This document shows, in pieces, positions 1 to 8,498 of a stretch of 64,000 nt of DNA. Within the stretch, counting starts at the first letter, position 1; every line of letters starts with the position of its first letter. Below the pieces are notes generated by a model. The model was not told the origin of the DNA. It worked only from the letters and a program-made list of their open reading frames with translations, and made no database searches. This stretch comes from an uncultured Acidobacteriota bacterium. Lineage in GTDB: Bacteria; Acidobacteriota; Thermoanaerobaculia; UBA5066; Gp7-AA6. Location of the stretch: positions 1,697,201 through 1,761,200 of the forward strand of contig CAWFHK010000001.1 of the NCBI GenBank assembly GCA_963815655.1, read 5' to 3'. The translations under genes and the position numbers were made by a program.

Positions 1-820
<820 letters not shown>

Positions 821-1077
821 GAAGGTCACCTGCCTGGTCGTTCAGCGTATTCGCCGCGCTATCCGGACGTGTCTCGGCTTCGACCCGTTCCAGCCCCGCA
901 GACGGAGACTTTTCTTTTCCGCCGATTCTACCGCCCGCCGCTCTTCTTCAGGACGACGCGAGGGAGCTGGCGGAGGCACAACCTGGCCCCGCCCCAGCCC
1001 GCTGAGGCCTCCAGCCCAATCGAGACTCTCTGGCAGAGCGGTACGAGATCTTCAGGAAGGCGGGGTGAAGGCAGATG

Positions 1078-1449
1078 TCAGGCACGTCCGATCGGAAGCA
1101 ATCTGACTCGATAGCGAGCATCCTCGACGGTGACCACTGCACCGCTATCGAGCTCGGCACGGCAGTGAGATATCACAGACGAGAGGCGTGCGATGACGGT
1201 TGCAGTACGGGTGTTACGCAGACGAAAGACGATGATTTTCCCGGGGATGCCTCTCGACAAGGCTGCTATTTCGCCAAAATCGAGGTCGAACGTCAGGAGT
1301 ATCCGCTCCTCTTCGATCGACTTCCTGAAGACCTCGGGATCCGCCAATCGCTGCAAGGATTCTTCTCGCAGGTGAACGGCGTCGTGTCCGTCGCTTCGGA
1401 GCCAGCGGACGACCTCGATGCTGACTCCCATGTCTGCCAGGAAGCGCAA
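1078..1449 (-). CDS. DUF5615-family (PIN/Mut7-C-like) putative toxin
   Basis: 123 aa ORF. N-terminus MRFLADMGVS and LLTFDLDFGEI resemble DUF5615 partners of DUF433. Lies 9 nt downstream of a DUF433 gene. Confidence 0.6.
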   Translation of the reverse strand: MRFLADMGVSIEVVRWLRSDGHDAVHLREESLQRLADPEVFRKSIEEERILLTFDLDFGEIAALSRGIPGKIIVFRLRNTRTATVIARLSSVISHCRAELDSGAVVTVEDARYRVRLLPIGRA

Positions 1450-1458
1450 GAGCGAGTC

Positions 1459-1677
1459 TTAGGAAGAGAAAACCTCTTCCCGCGTCAGCCAGGCGGCGTA
1501 CTCGAGGGCCTGACGAATATCCTCAGGCTCGAGGTCCGGATAACCCCGGAGAATCTCCTCAACCGATGCCCCGTGAGCAACCTGCCCCACGACGACAGAG
1601 ACAGGAATCCGCATCCCACGAATACAGGCGCGGCCTCCCATGATCTGCGGGTCGAAGGTAATCCGTTCGAATTCCAT
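1459..1677 (-). CDS. DUF433-family putative antitoxin (copy 1)
   Basis: 72 aa; GGRACIRGMRIPVSVVV and EEILRGYPDLEPEDIRQAL are the typical DUF433 pattern. Confidence 0.7.
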   Translation of the reverse strand: MEFERITFDPQIMGGRACIRGMRIPVSVVVGQVAHGASVEEILRGYPDLEPEDIRQALEYAAWLTREEVFSS

Positions 1678-1686
1678 ACCCGAAGT

Positions 1687-1914
1687 CTACCTCGCCGCGC
1701 GAACTTGTTCATCGCCGATGGCGCGCGCGGCGTAGGAAAGCGCCGCGAGAACGCCCTCACGGAGGAGTGCGTATTCCTTCATGACCTGCTCGACCATCAT
1801 CCCACCGGCGAACTTCCCGACCATGAGATCGACCGACACACGCGTGCCGGCGATGACTGGTTTTCCGAACCGCACCTTCTCGTCCACCGTGACGCGCGGA
1901 GCGATTCCGGTCAT
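1687..1914 (-). CDS. DUF433-like protein (copy 2, divergent)
   Basis: 75 aa; FGKPVIAGTRVSVDLMV matches the DUF433 core, but the C-terminal half is divergent. Confidence 0.5.
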   Translation of the reverse strand: MTGIAPRVTVDEKVRFGKPVIAGTRVSVDLMVGKFAGGMMVEQVMKEYALLREGVLAALSYAARAIGDEQVRAAR

Positions 1915-2156
1915 GCAGAACTCAGCGGGACCTCGACGTAACGCTCCCGAGCCATCTCGGCGCCGTAGGCGATGCAGGCGCGGATGTCGGCCTCCTCGAG
2001 ATCAGGGTAGTCACGCAGAATCTCTTCGATTGACTGTCCAGCCGCGAGGAAATCGAGGATCAGAGAGACCCAGATTCGATGACCGCGGATGCACGGCTTG
2101 CCGAAACAAACATCCGGATTGATAGTGATGCGGGAAAGAAGCTCTTCCCTGGTCAT
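1911..2156 (-). CDS. DUF433-family putative antitoxin (copy 3)
   Basis: 81 aa; CFGKPCIRGHRIWVSLILD and IEEILRDYPDLEEADIRACI. Has a 4-nt overlap with copy 2. Confidence 0.7.
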   Translation of the reverse strand: MTREELLSRITINPDVCFGKPCIRGHRIWVSLILDFLAAGQSIEEILRDYPDLEEADIRACIAYGAEMARERYVEVPLSSA

Positions 2157-2189
2157 TTCTTCATTTTACCTTCCCGCCGGCGCCCGCAA

Positions 2190-2650
2190 TTAACCGGAAG
2201 GAGGAGTGAAGGAGGAGCCTCGCTCCGCGGGAGCGGAGCGCCTACGCGAAATCTGGCGAGCGATCGAGGCCGCATCCGGCCGACTCGCTCGCCGGTGCGG
2301 ATCCCGCGGAAAATGCGAAGCGACGTGAGCAGATCCCTCGCTGAGCCTGGCCCGAGCGGACGATGCGACTCGAAGCAGCGAGAGTAGATCCCTCGCTTCG
2401 CTCGGGATGACAGGGTGGGCCACGTTCCAGGCGCTGCGCCGCGGGAGCGGCGCGCGGGCCCGGGATCAGGCGAGCGATGGAGGCCGCATGCGGCCGACTC
2501 GCTCGCCGGTGCGCCCGCAGGGCGCAGATCCCGCCGGCCCCGGTCGCGGCGCGAGGAGTCTCCCAGAGGGGAGGAGCCTCGCGACGCGGGAGCGGAGCCC
2601 CGGAGCGGGATCGCGCCGTTAGGCGCAGATCCTGCGGAGCGGGCGGAGCG
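2190..2650. repeat. Cluster of REP-like imperfect hairpin repeats (no credible CDS)
   Basis: ggcgagcgatSgaggccgcatScggccgactcgctcgccggtgcg occurs twice (about 2256-2300 and 2470-2512). ggaggagcctcgc...gcgggagcggagc occurs twice. Family-A unit gagcagatccctcgc...tcgctcgggatgaca at 2327-2412. Confidence 0.8.
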
Positions 2651-2656
2651 ACGGTT

Positions 2657-2731
2657 TGGAGCGGGAAACGGGGGTCGAACCCGCGACTTCTACCTTGGCA
2701 AGGTAGCGCTCTACCACTGAGCTATTCCCGC
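2657..2731 (-). tRNA. tRNA-Gly (anticodon GCC), CCA encoded
   Basis: Minus-strand read: GCGGGAA TA GCTC AGTGGTA GAGC G CTACC TTGCCAA GGTAG AAGTC GCGGG TTCGACC CCCGT TTCCCGC T CCA. Clean cloverleaf with GCC in the anticodon loop. Confidence 0.95.
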
Positions 2732-2768
2732 TCGGGAGGGCGAAGGATAACGGAGGGCTCCGCGACGG

Positions 2769-3416
2769 TCAAGCCGGCTGGAGATCGACGGCGGTGCCGC
2801 CGCAGTGCTGGCAGACTCGGATCGTCTGGCCGCCGAACTTTTTCTCCGGGGCGCACGGCTCGCAGAGGGGGCGGCCGGTGTCGTGGCAGGTGAAGAAGGC
2901 GACCCGGTCGGTGTGGGTGCGGCAGCAGGCCGGCGGCTGGACCCTCTGGCCCCTGGCGAGATTGAAGAGCGATTTCAGGTACGGGAGGTCGCCCGCGGGA
3001 ACGGGCGCCGCGTCGTCCACCCGAATGCGGTCTGTCTCTTGAATCTCGCGGGTCCGGATGAGGTTGCGCATGGCCTTCCGGTCGAAGACGTCGGTCTGGA
3101 AGCCCGGCTTCTCGATCCGGAAGGTCAATCCCTCGGCGGCGGCCAGGCTGGTGGGGCTGACGAGGGGAGACGGCTTTGGGGCCGGCGGATCGGCCGGCCT
3201 GGAGGCCGGGGGGGCGGGAGCGGCGGCCGCCGCGGCGGCTTCCGCCTGGATCCGCAAATACGTGCGGGCCTCCTCCCGCGAGGGAAAGTCCATCGGCTCC
3301 TTGCAGTGCGGACAGCGGAATCGCGCCTGAACCGGCGGAATCCGCTCGAGCTGGATCGAGAAGTTGCCCGCGCAATTGGGGCAGAGAAAGCTGTAGCGTT
3401 GTTCCGGCTCGGCCAA
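2769..3416 (-). CDS. Hypothetical protein: N-terminal zinc ribbon (CPNC...CPHC), Ala/Pro-rich linker, C-terminal B-box-like Cys/His cluster
   Basis: 215 aa ORF; YSFLCPNCAGNF...RFRCPHCKEPMDF, then CCRTHTDRVAFFTCHDTGRPLCEPC...VCQHCGG. Composition is protein-like compared with the overlapping frames. Confidence 0.6.
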   Translation of the reverse strand: MAEPEQRYSFLCPNCAGNFSIQLERIPPVQARFRCPHCKEPMDFPSREEARTYLRIQAEAAAAAAAPAPPASRPADPPAPKPSPLVSPTSLAAAEGLTFRIEKPGFQTDVFDRKAMRNLIRTREIQETDRIRVDDAAPVPAGDLPYLKSLFNLARGQRVQPPACCRTHTDRVAFFTCHDTGRPLCEPCAPEKKFGGQTIRVCQHCGGTAVDLQPA

Positions 3417-3467
3417 GTTGATCCTTATCTAGAAAAGTCACAATATCTTAACACACGAACCGCGCCG

Positions 3468-3914
3468 TCAGCGCGGTGGGCGCGGGCGGGGAGGCCCGAT
3501 GAACGCATCTCTCAGGATCGTCACCTCCGAAACCGTGTCGTCCTGGAGAATTGAGACAACGTCGAAGCGACAGGTGGCTTCCTCCAGGCGCTTGCGCTGG
3601 AGATAGGCCTGGGCCGCGCGGAAGATCCGGCGCTGTTTTTCGGGGTGGACGGCCTCCTCGGGCGCGCCGAACCAGGTGCCATGCCGCCCCTTGACCTCGA
3701 CGAAGCAGAGCACGTCCCCCTCCTGCGCCACGAAGTCGATCTCCCCGACGCGAGTCCGGAAGTTTCTGGCGCGGATCCTGTACCCCGCTTTCCTGAGGTG
3801 CTTCTCCGCCAGCCGCTCCCACTCCTGCCCCACTCCCCGCGACCCGCGATACCTGCGCTGCTCGCTCTTCACGAGTCTACGCAGTCTCTCGAAGATTCGA
3901 GGAAGGGTCATCAC
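3468..3914 (-). CDS. yraN: YraN-family (UPF0102) putative endonuclease
   Basis: 148 aa; GYRIRARNFRTRVGEIDFVAQEGDVLCFVEVKGR is the characteristic YraN core. Confidence 0.8.
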   Translation of the reverse strand: MMTLPRIFERLRRLVKSEQRRYRGSRGVGQEWERLAEKHLRKAGYRIRARNFRTRVGEIDFVAQEGDVLCFVEVKGRHGTWFGAPEEAVHPEKQRRIFRAAQAYLQRKRLEEATCRFDVVSILQDDTVSEVTILRDAFIGPPRPRPPR

Positions 3915-3942
3915 ACATCGTGCCTCTGCCCTTCGCTATCCG

Positions 3943-4289
3943 CCCGGGGTCGCCGTCATTGCTCTCTGCGGCACGCGGCGGCCAGGCCGAGTGGAAGAGC
4001 TCCGGGCCGCCGCTCCGGTCCGAGGGCACAGAAACAGTCCCTCTTCACTAGATTGTCGTGTGTGCCCTCGGACAGGGCCGCTGCCGGGCAACGCCGTCGC
4101 CCCCGGGCTGCAGTGTGGCCAGCCGGATCGTAGCCCCGGCGGCGGGCTCGCCTCCCGGAGGAGGCGTGAGAGAGGGAGCGCGCCACAGAACAACAATTGC
4201 CTCGATGCCAGTGCGACCGAACGACACGCGACGGCCCGGTTGTCTTATCGAGGCAGGGCCGTCGCGTGCCGACGCAGGGAGGCGAGCCC
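3943..4289 (+). mobile_element. MITE-like non-autonomous element, copy 1 (~350 bp, imperfect terminal inverted repeats)
   Basis: Shares ends (cccgggg..gcggcacgcggcggcc ... ggccgtcgcgtgccgacgcagg..gcccgacgccgggg) and the core ccccggcggcgggctcgcctcccggaggaggcgtgag.ga.ggagc with copies at 16127-16500 and 25875-26229. Confidence 0.5.
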
Positions 4290-4302
4290 GACGCCGGGGC
4301 GG

Positions 4303-6396
4303 CTATTTCGCCACGGACGCCATGGAGTTGCGGGCGAGCTCGAGGACGTCGAAGGGGGCGGTCGTGGCGCCGATCTCGTCTTTCGCGTTGCCGATCATGA
4401 CCATGCAGAAGGGGCAGGAGACGCCGACGGCGTCGGTGCCGGCTTCGGCGATCTCCTGCATTCGGGCCTGGTTGATCCGGCTGCCGAGCTTCTCTTCCAT
4501 CCACATGCGGCCGCCGCCGGCGCCGCAGCAGAGCCCGCGCTCGCGCGAGCGCGGCAGCTCCTTGAGGGTCAGGCCGGGGATGGATTCGAGGATCTGGCGG
4601 GGCGCGTCGTACACGCCGTTGTAGCGCCCGAGGTAGCACGGGTCGTGGAAGGTGATCGTCTGGGCGATCGGCGTCTCCATGCGAATGCGCCCCTCGGCGA
4701 TCAGTCGCGAGACGAGCTCCGAGCCGTGCATCACCTCGTAGCTGCCGCCGAGAGGAGCGTACTCGTTCTTGATGCAGTTGAAGCAGTGCGGGCAGTTCGT
4801 GACGATCTTCTTGACGCCGTAGCCGTTCAGCGTCTCGATGTTCTGCTGCGCGAGCATCTGGAAGAGGTACTCGTTGCCCATGCGGCGTGCCGAGTCTCCG
4901 TTGCAGGTCTCCTCGGTTCCGAGGATCGCGAAGGAGACGCCCGCGGCGTTCAGGATCTCGACGAGCGAGCGGGAGACGCGCTTGGCCCGGTCCTCGTAGG
5001 AGCCGGCGCACCCGACCCAGAAGAGGACCTCGATCTCCTTCCCTCCCGCTTCGGCCATCGTGACGACCGGCAGGTCCTTGGCCCAGTCGGCGCGCGAGGA
5101 GGCGGCGATCCCCCACGGGTTGCCGTTGGTCTCCATGCCGCGGAAGGCGGTCTGCATCTCTTTGGGGAACTCCGTCTTCTCGAGCACCAGGTGGCGGCGC
5201 ATCTCGATGATCTTGTCCACGGCCGGGATGATGAAGACCGGACAGGCGGACGTGCAGTAGCCGCAGGTCGTGCAGGCCCAGATCGAATCCTCGGAGATCC
5301 ATCCGCCGATCAGGTCCTTTCTCGGCGGCGCCGCCGTCGCGGAGGAGTCCGCCGCAGGCTCGGCGGAGGCGGACCCGTTTCCTCGGCCGGTCACCGAGGA
5401 CAGGATTTCCGGCGTGGCCTCGTACACGGCGTCGCGGAGCTGCCCGATGAAGATCTTGGGATCGAGCGGCTTGGACGTCAGCGCGGTCGGGCAGACGACG
5501 CGGCAGCGCCCGCACTCGGTGCACGTGTACCCGTCGAGCGCCGATTTCCAGGCGAGGTGCTCGACCCGCGAGACGCCGAAGTGCTCGGAGTTCTCGAGGT
5601 CCGGCGTTCCGAGGCGCCCCATCGGCTCGAGCTTCATCAGGAAGACGTTGGGGATGGCGGTCAGGATGTGGAAGTGCTTGGAGTACGGCAGGTAGTTCCC
5701 GAAGAAGAGGATGTCCACGAGGTGGACCCACCATCCGCCGGAGTAGAGGGCCCGGAGCGAGGCCGGACCGGCGCCGGCGACGAGGCCCGCGACGACCGCG
5801 ACGGCCGGCGCCCAGGCGCTCGCGAGCTCGGGCGAGAGCGCGACCTTCGCCCCTTCCGAGACGAGGTCCGCGACGATCAGGAGGCCGATCAGGAAGAGGA
5901 TCAGCCAGGCGTCCGGCGTCAGGTCGAGGCGCTTGGGACGCGCGAAGGCGCGGCGGATGACCGCCATCGTCACGCCCACGAGGACGAGGACTTCGAACAC
6001 GTCCTTGACGAGCGTGTAGATGTCGCCCGCGCGGCCGGGGAGCAGCGTGAACCCGGGGACGAGCCCCTCGACCACGAGCGCGCTCGTGCGGACGGTCAGG
6101 ACGAGGAAGCCCGAGAAGATGAGGAAATGGAAAGTCCCGGCGTAGCGGTCGCGAAACATCCGCTTCTGCAGGAACGCGTATTCGAGCGTCTTCCGGATCC
6201 GCAGGCCGATCCGGTCGAAGCGCGGCTCCGGCGAGAGGGCCAGCAGGAGCCGGATGCGCCGGCTAGCGGAATACGCGAAGACGAGGGCGGAGAGAAGGAG
6301 GAGGAGGCCGAAGAGAAGCCGGCCGCTGAGGCCGAGGATCATGTGGTCAGTGGGAAGCATGGAAGCAGAGTTTAAGGTGTCAGGGAAAAGTGACAC
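4303..6396 (-). CDS. Membrane-bound Fe-S oxidoreductase (HdrD/GlpC-like), probable EtfAB:quinone oxidoreductase partner
   Basis: 697 aa with a hydrophobic multi-TM N-terminal ~250 aa. Ferredoxin motifs CTECGRCRVVCP and CTTCGYCTSACP. Cys-rich CCG-type motifs CPHCFNC and CCGAGGG. Start abuts the etfA stop. Confidence 0.8.
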   Translation of the reverse strand: MSLFPDTLNSASMLPTDHMILGLSGRLLFGLLLLLSALVFAYSASRRIRLLLALSPEPRFDRIGLRIRKTLEYAFLQKRMFRDRYAGTFHFLIFSGFLVLTVRTSALVVEGLVPGFTLLPGRAGDIYTLVKDVFEVLVLVGVTMAVIRRAFARPKRLDLTPDAWLILFLIGLLIVADLVSEGAKVALSPELASAWAPAVAVVAGLVAGAGPASLRALYSGGWWVHLVDILFFGNYLPYSKHFHILTAIPNVFLMKLEPMGRLGTPDLENSEHFGVSRVEHLAWKSALDGYTCTECGRCRVVCPTALTSKPLDPKIFIGQLRDAVYEATPEILSSVTGRGNGSASAEPAADSSATAAPPRKDLIGGWISEDSIWACTTCGYCTSACPVFIIPAVDKIIEMRRHLVLEKTEFPKEMQTAFRGMETNGNPWGIAASSRADWAKDLPVVTMAEAGGKEIEVLFWVGCAGSYEDRAKRVSRSLVEILNAAGVSFAILGTEETCNGDSARRMGNEYLFQMLAQQNIETLNGYGVKKIVTNCPHCFNCIKNEYAPLGGSYEVMHGSELVSRLIAEGRIRMETPIAQTITFHDPCYLGRYNGVYDAPRQILESIPGLTLKELPRSRERGLCCGAGGGRMWMEEKLGSRINQARMQEIAEAGTDAVGVSCPFCMVMIGNAKDEIGATTAPFDVLELARNSMASVAK

Positions 6397-7362
6397 CTAC
6401 TCTTTCTTCACTTCCCTTACCGCTTTGGTCACCTCCGGCACCGTCTGGAAGAGGTCCCCCACGATCCCGTAGGTCGCGACCTTGAAGATCGGGGCTTCGG
6501 GGTCTTTGTTCAGGGCGACGATGACCTTGGAGGAGCCCATCCCGGCCAGGTGCTGGATCGCCCCTGAGATGCCGCAGGCGACGTAGAGCGTGGGCGACAC
6601 GACCTTGCCGGTCTGGCCCACCTGGTACTGGTGGTCGATCCAGCCGGCGTCCACGACCGCGCGCGAGGCGCCGAGGGCGGCTCCAAGAGCCTCCTGGAGA
6701 TCCCGGATCAGCGGCCAGTTTTCCGGGCCCTTGATGCCGCGCCCGCCCGACACGATGATGTCGGCTTCCGAGACGTCCAGCTCCTTCGAGGCCGAGGTCT
6801 CGACCTTCACGACCTTCGCGCGCGGGGCGATCGCGCCCAGATCGAGCGTCTCGACCCTCGGCTCCGCCGCGTCCGCGGCCTGCGCCGGGAAGACGTTCGG
6901 GCGCGTTGTCGCGACCTGGAGCGCCGCGTCGCCGCAGTCCACCTCCGCGCGCGCCTTGCCGGAATAGACGGGGCGCCAGCCCACGAGCTTCCCGTTCTCC
7001 ACGCGCAGGTCCATCATGTCCGCGAGCACCGAGACGCCGTTGCGCGCGGCGAAGCGCGGCGCGATGTCCTTGCCCATGGATGTCGCGGCGATCAGGACGG
7101 CGTCCGGGCTCTCCTTCTTCGCCGCCGCGTCGAGCGCGCCGACATACCCTTTCGCGCTGTAGAGCGCGAGATCGTCCTGGTCCGCGACATAGACCACGCC
7201 GGCGCCGTGCCTGCCCAGGCCGGCGGCGAGAGCCGCGACTCCCTTGCCCGGAAGGACCGCCGCGGCGGGTCCCCCGCCGAGCCGGCTCGCGAGCGACAGC
7301 GCTTCCAGGGAAGCCTTCCGGATCTTCCCTTCCCGCTGCTCGATGAAGACGAGGAATTTCAT
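6397..7362 (-). CDS. etfA: Electron transfer flavoprotein alpha subunit
   Basis: 321 aa; C-terminal FAD-binding region [11 protein letters not shown]...[16 protein letters not shown] is typical EtfA. Confidence 0.9.
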   Translation of the reverse strand: MKFLVFIEQREGKIRKASLEALSLASRLGGGPAAAVLPGKGVAALAAGLGRHGAGVVYVADQDDLALYSAKGYVGALDAAAKKESPDAVLIAATSMGKDIAPRFAARNGVSVLADMMDLRVENGKLVGWRPVYSGKARAEVDCGDAALQVATTRPNVFPAQAADAAEPRVETLDLGAIAPRAKVVKVETSASKELDVSEADIIVSGGRGIKGPENWPLIRDLQEALGAALGASRAVVDAGWIDHQYQVGQTGKVVSPTLYVACGISGAIQHLAGMGSSKVIVALNKDPEAPIFKVATYGIVGDLFQTVPEVTKAVREVKKE

Positions 7363-7374
7363 AGCTCAACCCCT

Positions 7375-7459
7375 GTCATTCTGAGGAGCGCAGCAACGAA
7401 GAACCTGCTCCGGCGCTTGCGAGAAACGAGAGCAGATCCTTCGCTCCGCTCAGGATGAT
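7375..7459. repeat. REP family A/B long imperfect hairpin (gtcattctgaggagcgcagc... / ...gcagatccttcgctccgctcaggatgat)
   Basis: The two arms are near reverse complements. Related copies at 8334-8488 and 10928-11150. Sits between etfB and etfA. Confidence 0.8.
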
Positions 7460-7485
7460 TTGACGCGGATCGCTTTGCGATCACG

Positions 7486-8271
7486 TCAAATCACCTTGGC
7501 TTCTTCGCGCAGCAGCCTGACCAGCTCCTTCGCGGCGGCGGCGGGATCGTCGGCCGGAATGAGCTTGCAGGCCTGGCGCGGAGCGGGCAATTCGAGCTTC
7601 CGCCAGCGGACCTTCGCGCCGGCGGCGTCCGCCTCCGCGATTCCCATCTCCGCCAGCTTCTTCTCGGCGATCGTCTTCTTCTTGGCTCCCATGATTCCTT
7701 TGAGCGACGCGTAGCGCGGCTCGTTCAACCCCTTCTGCGCCGTCAGGACGACCGGGAGCGTGGACTCCACGACCTCGTGGGCCCCCTCGATCTCGCGGTG
7801 CGCCGTGATCTTCCCTTCCCCGACCTCGAGCTTGATGACGTCGCCCACGTGCGGGAGGTCGAGGAGCTCGGCGACCATCGGGCCCACGAGCGATTCATCG
7901 GCGCCGACCCCCTTCTGGCCGAACCAGAGGAAGTCGTACGACCCTTCCTTCGCGGCGGCGGCCAGGGCCTTCGCGATCGCGAGAGCGTCGAGATACCGCG
8001 AGTCGCCCGAGTCGATCCAGACCGCGTCGTCGGCGCCGCGCGCCAGGCACTCCCGCAGGCCGGTCTTCGCCCTCTCGGGGCCGACCGTCGCCACCCGGAC
8101 GGTCCCGGCGCCCTTGCCCTCCTTGATCCGGAGGGCCTCCTCCAGCGCGTACTCGTCGTATGGGGAGACGATCCACTTGACGTCGGACTCATCGATGGAC
8201 TTGCCGTCCGGACCGATCTTGATCCGCGTCTCGGTGTCGGGGACGTAGGCGACGGCGACGAAGGAGTTCAC
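7486..8271 (-). CDS. etfB: Electron transfer flavoprotein beta subunit
   Basis: 261 aa; VKWIVSPYDEYALEEALRIKE and LLDLPHVGDV are typical EtfB. Confidence 0.9.
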   Translation of the reverse strand: MNSFVAVAYVPDTETRIKIGPDGKSIDESDVKWIVSPYDEYALEEALRIKEGKGAGTVRVATVGPERAKTGLRECLARGADDAVWIDSGDSRYLDALAIAKALAAAAKEGSYDFLWFGQKGVGADESLVGPMVAELLDLPHVGDVIKLEVGEGKITAHREIEGAHEVVESTLPVVLTAQKGLNEPRYASLKGIMGAKKKTIAEKKLAEMGIAEADAAGAKVRWRKLELPAPRQACKLIPADDPAAAAKELVRLLREEAKVI

Positions 8272-8333
8272 AGGAAGAGAGGTTGCCTAATAAACGGGCC
8301 GGAACGCAAGATGCAAAAACCTCCGCCGCTCAT

Positions 8334-8488
8334 GTCATCCCGAGGAGCGAAGCGACGAGGGATCTGCCAGGCGCGCGAGCAGATCCTTCGCTGAGCCTGT
8401 CCCGAGCGAACGATGCGACTCGAAGCCGCGAGAGCAGATCCCTCGCGTCGCTCGGGATGACAGCGAGAGCGAGGGGCTCGGGATGACA
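8334..8488. repeat. REP family A/B composite repeat
   Basis: gtcatcccgaggagcgaagcgacgagggatctgcc ... gagcagatccttcgctgagcctgtcccgagcgaacgatgcgactcgaagccgcgagagcagatccctcgcgtcgctcgggatgaca, near-identical to 2327-2412 and 10984-11060. Confidence 0.85.
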
Positions 8489-8498
8489 TCACTCCGGA

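Noticed and set aside
821-1077. Possible small gene or promoter between hsdM and the DUF5615 gene (ORFs 530-1114, 666-1106, 948-1160)
   Set aside because: The ORFs overlap hsdM antisense or have Arg/Pro-rich nonsense composition. No motif or RBS was found, so this is left as an unannotated spacer.
3936-4196. Small ORFs inside the three MITE-like copies sharing LLRE(A/Q)..PPPG (3936-4196 -, 16215-16451 -, 25763-26107 +)
   Set aside because: The shared peptide only mirrors the ~45-nt conserved nucleotide core. Flanking residues, lengths and start positions are not conserved, so a protein is unlikely.
3676-6375. 899-aa plus-strand ORF (the longest in this region), plus 3956-5734 (-) in another frame
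   Set aside because: It is antisense or out of frame to the minus-strand Fe-S oxidoreductase, which has clear ferredoxin and CCG motifs. The translation is Arg/Gly/Asp/Glu-rich low complexity, typical of shadow ORFs in high-GC DNA.
8268-8492. 74-aa ORF and similar ORFs (2079-2387, 2190-2423, 10630-11067, 8283-8486) in intergenic spacers
   Set aside because: They lie entirely within REP-type repeats. Their translations (…SLRSG, …LGMT…) are the known by-products of such repeats, and they overlap each other on both strands.
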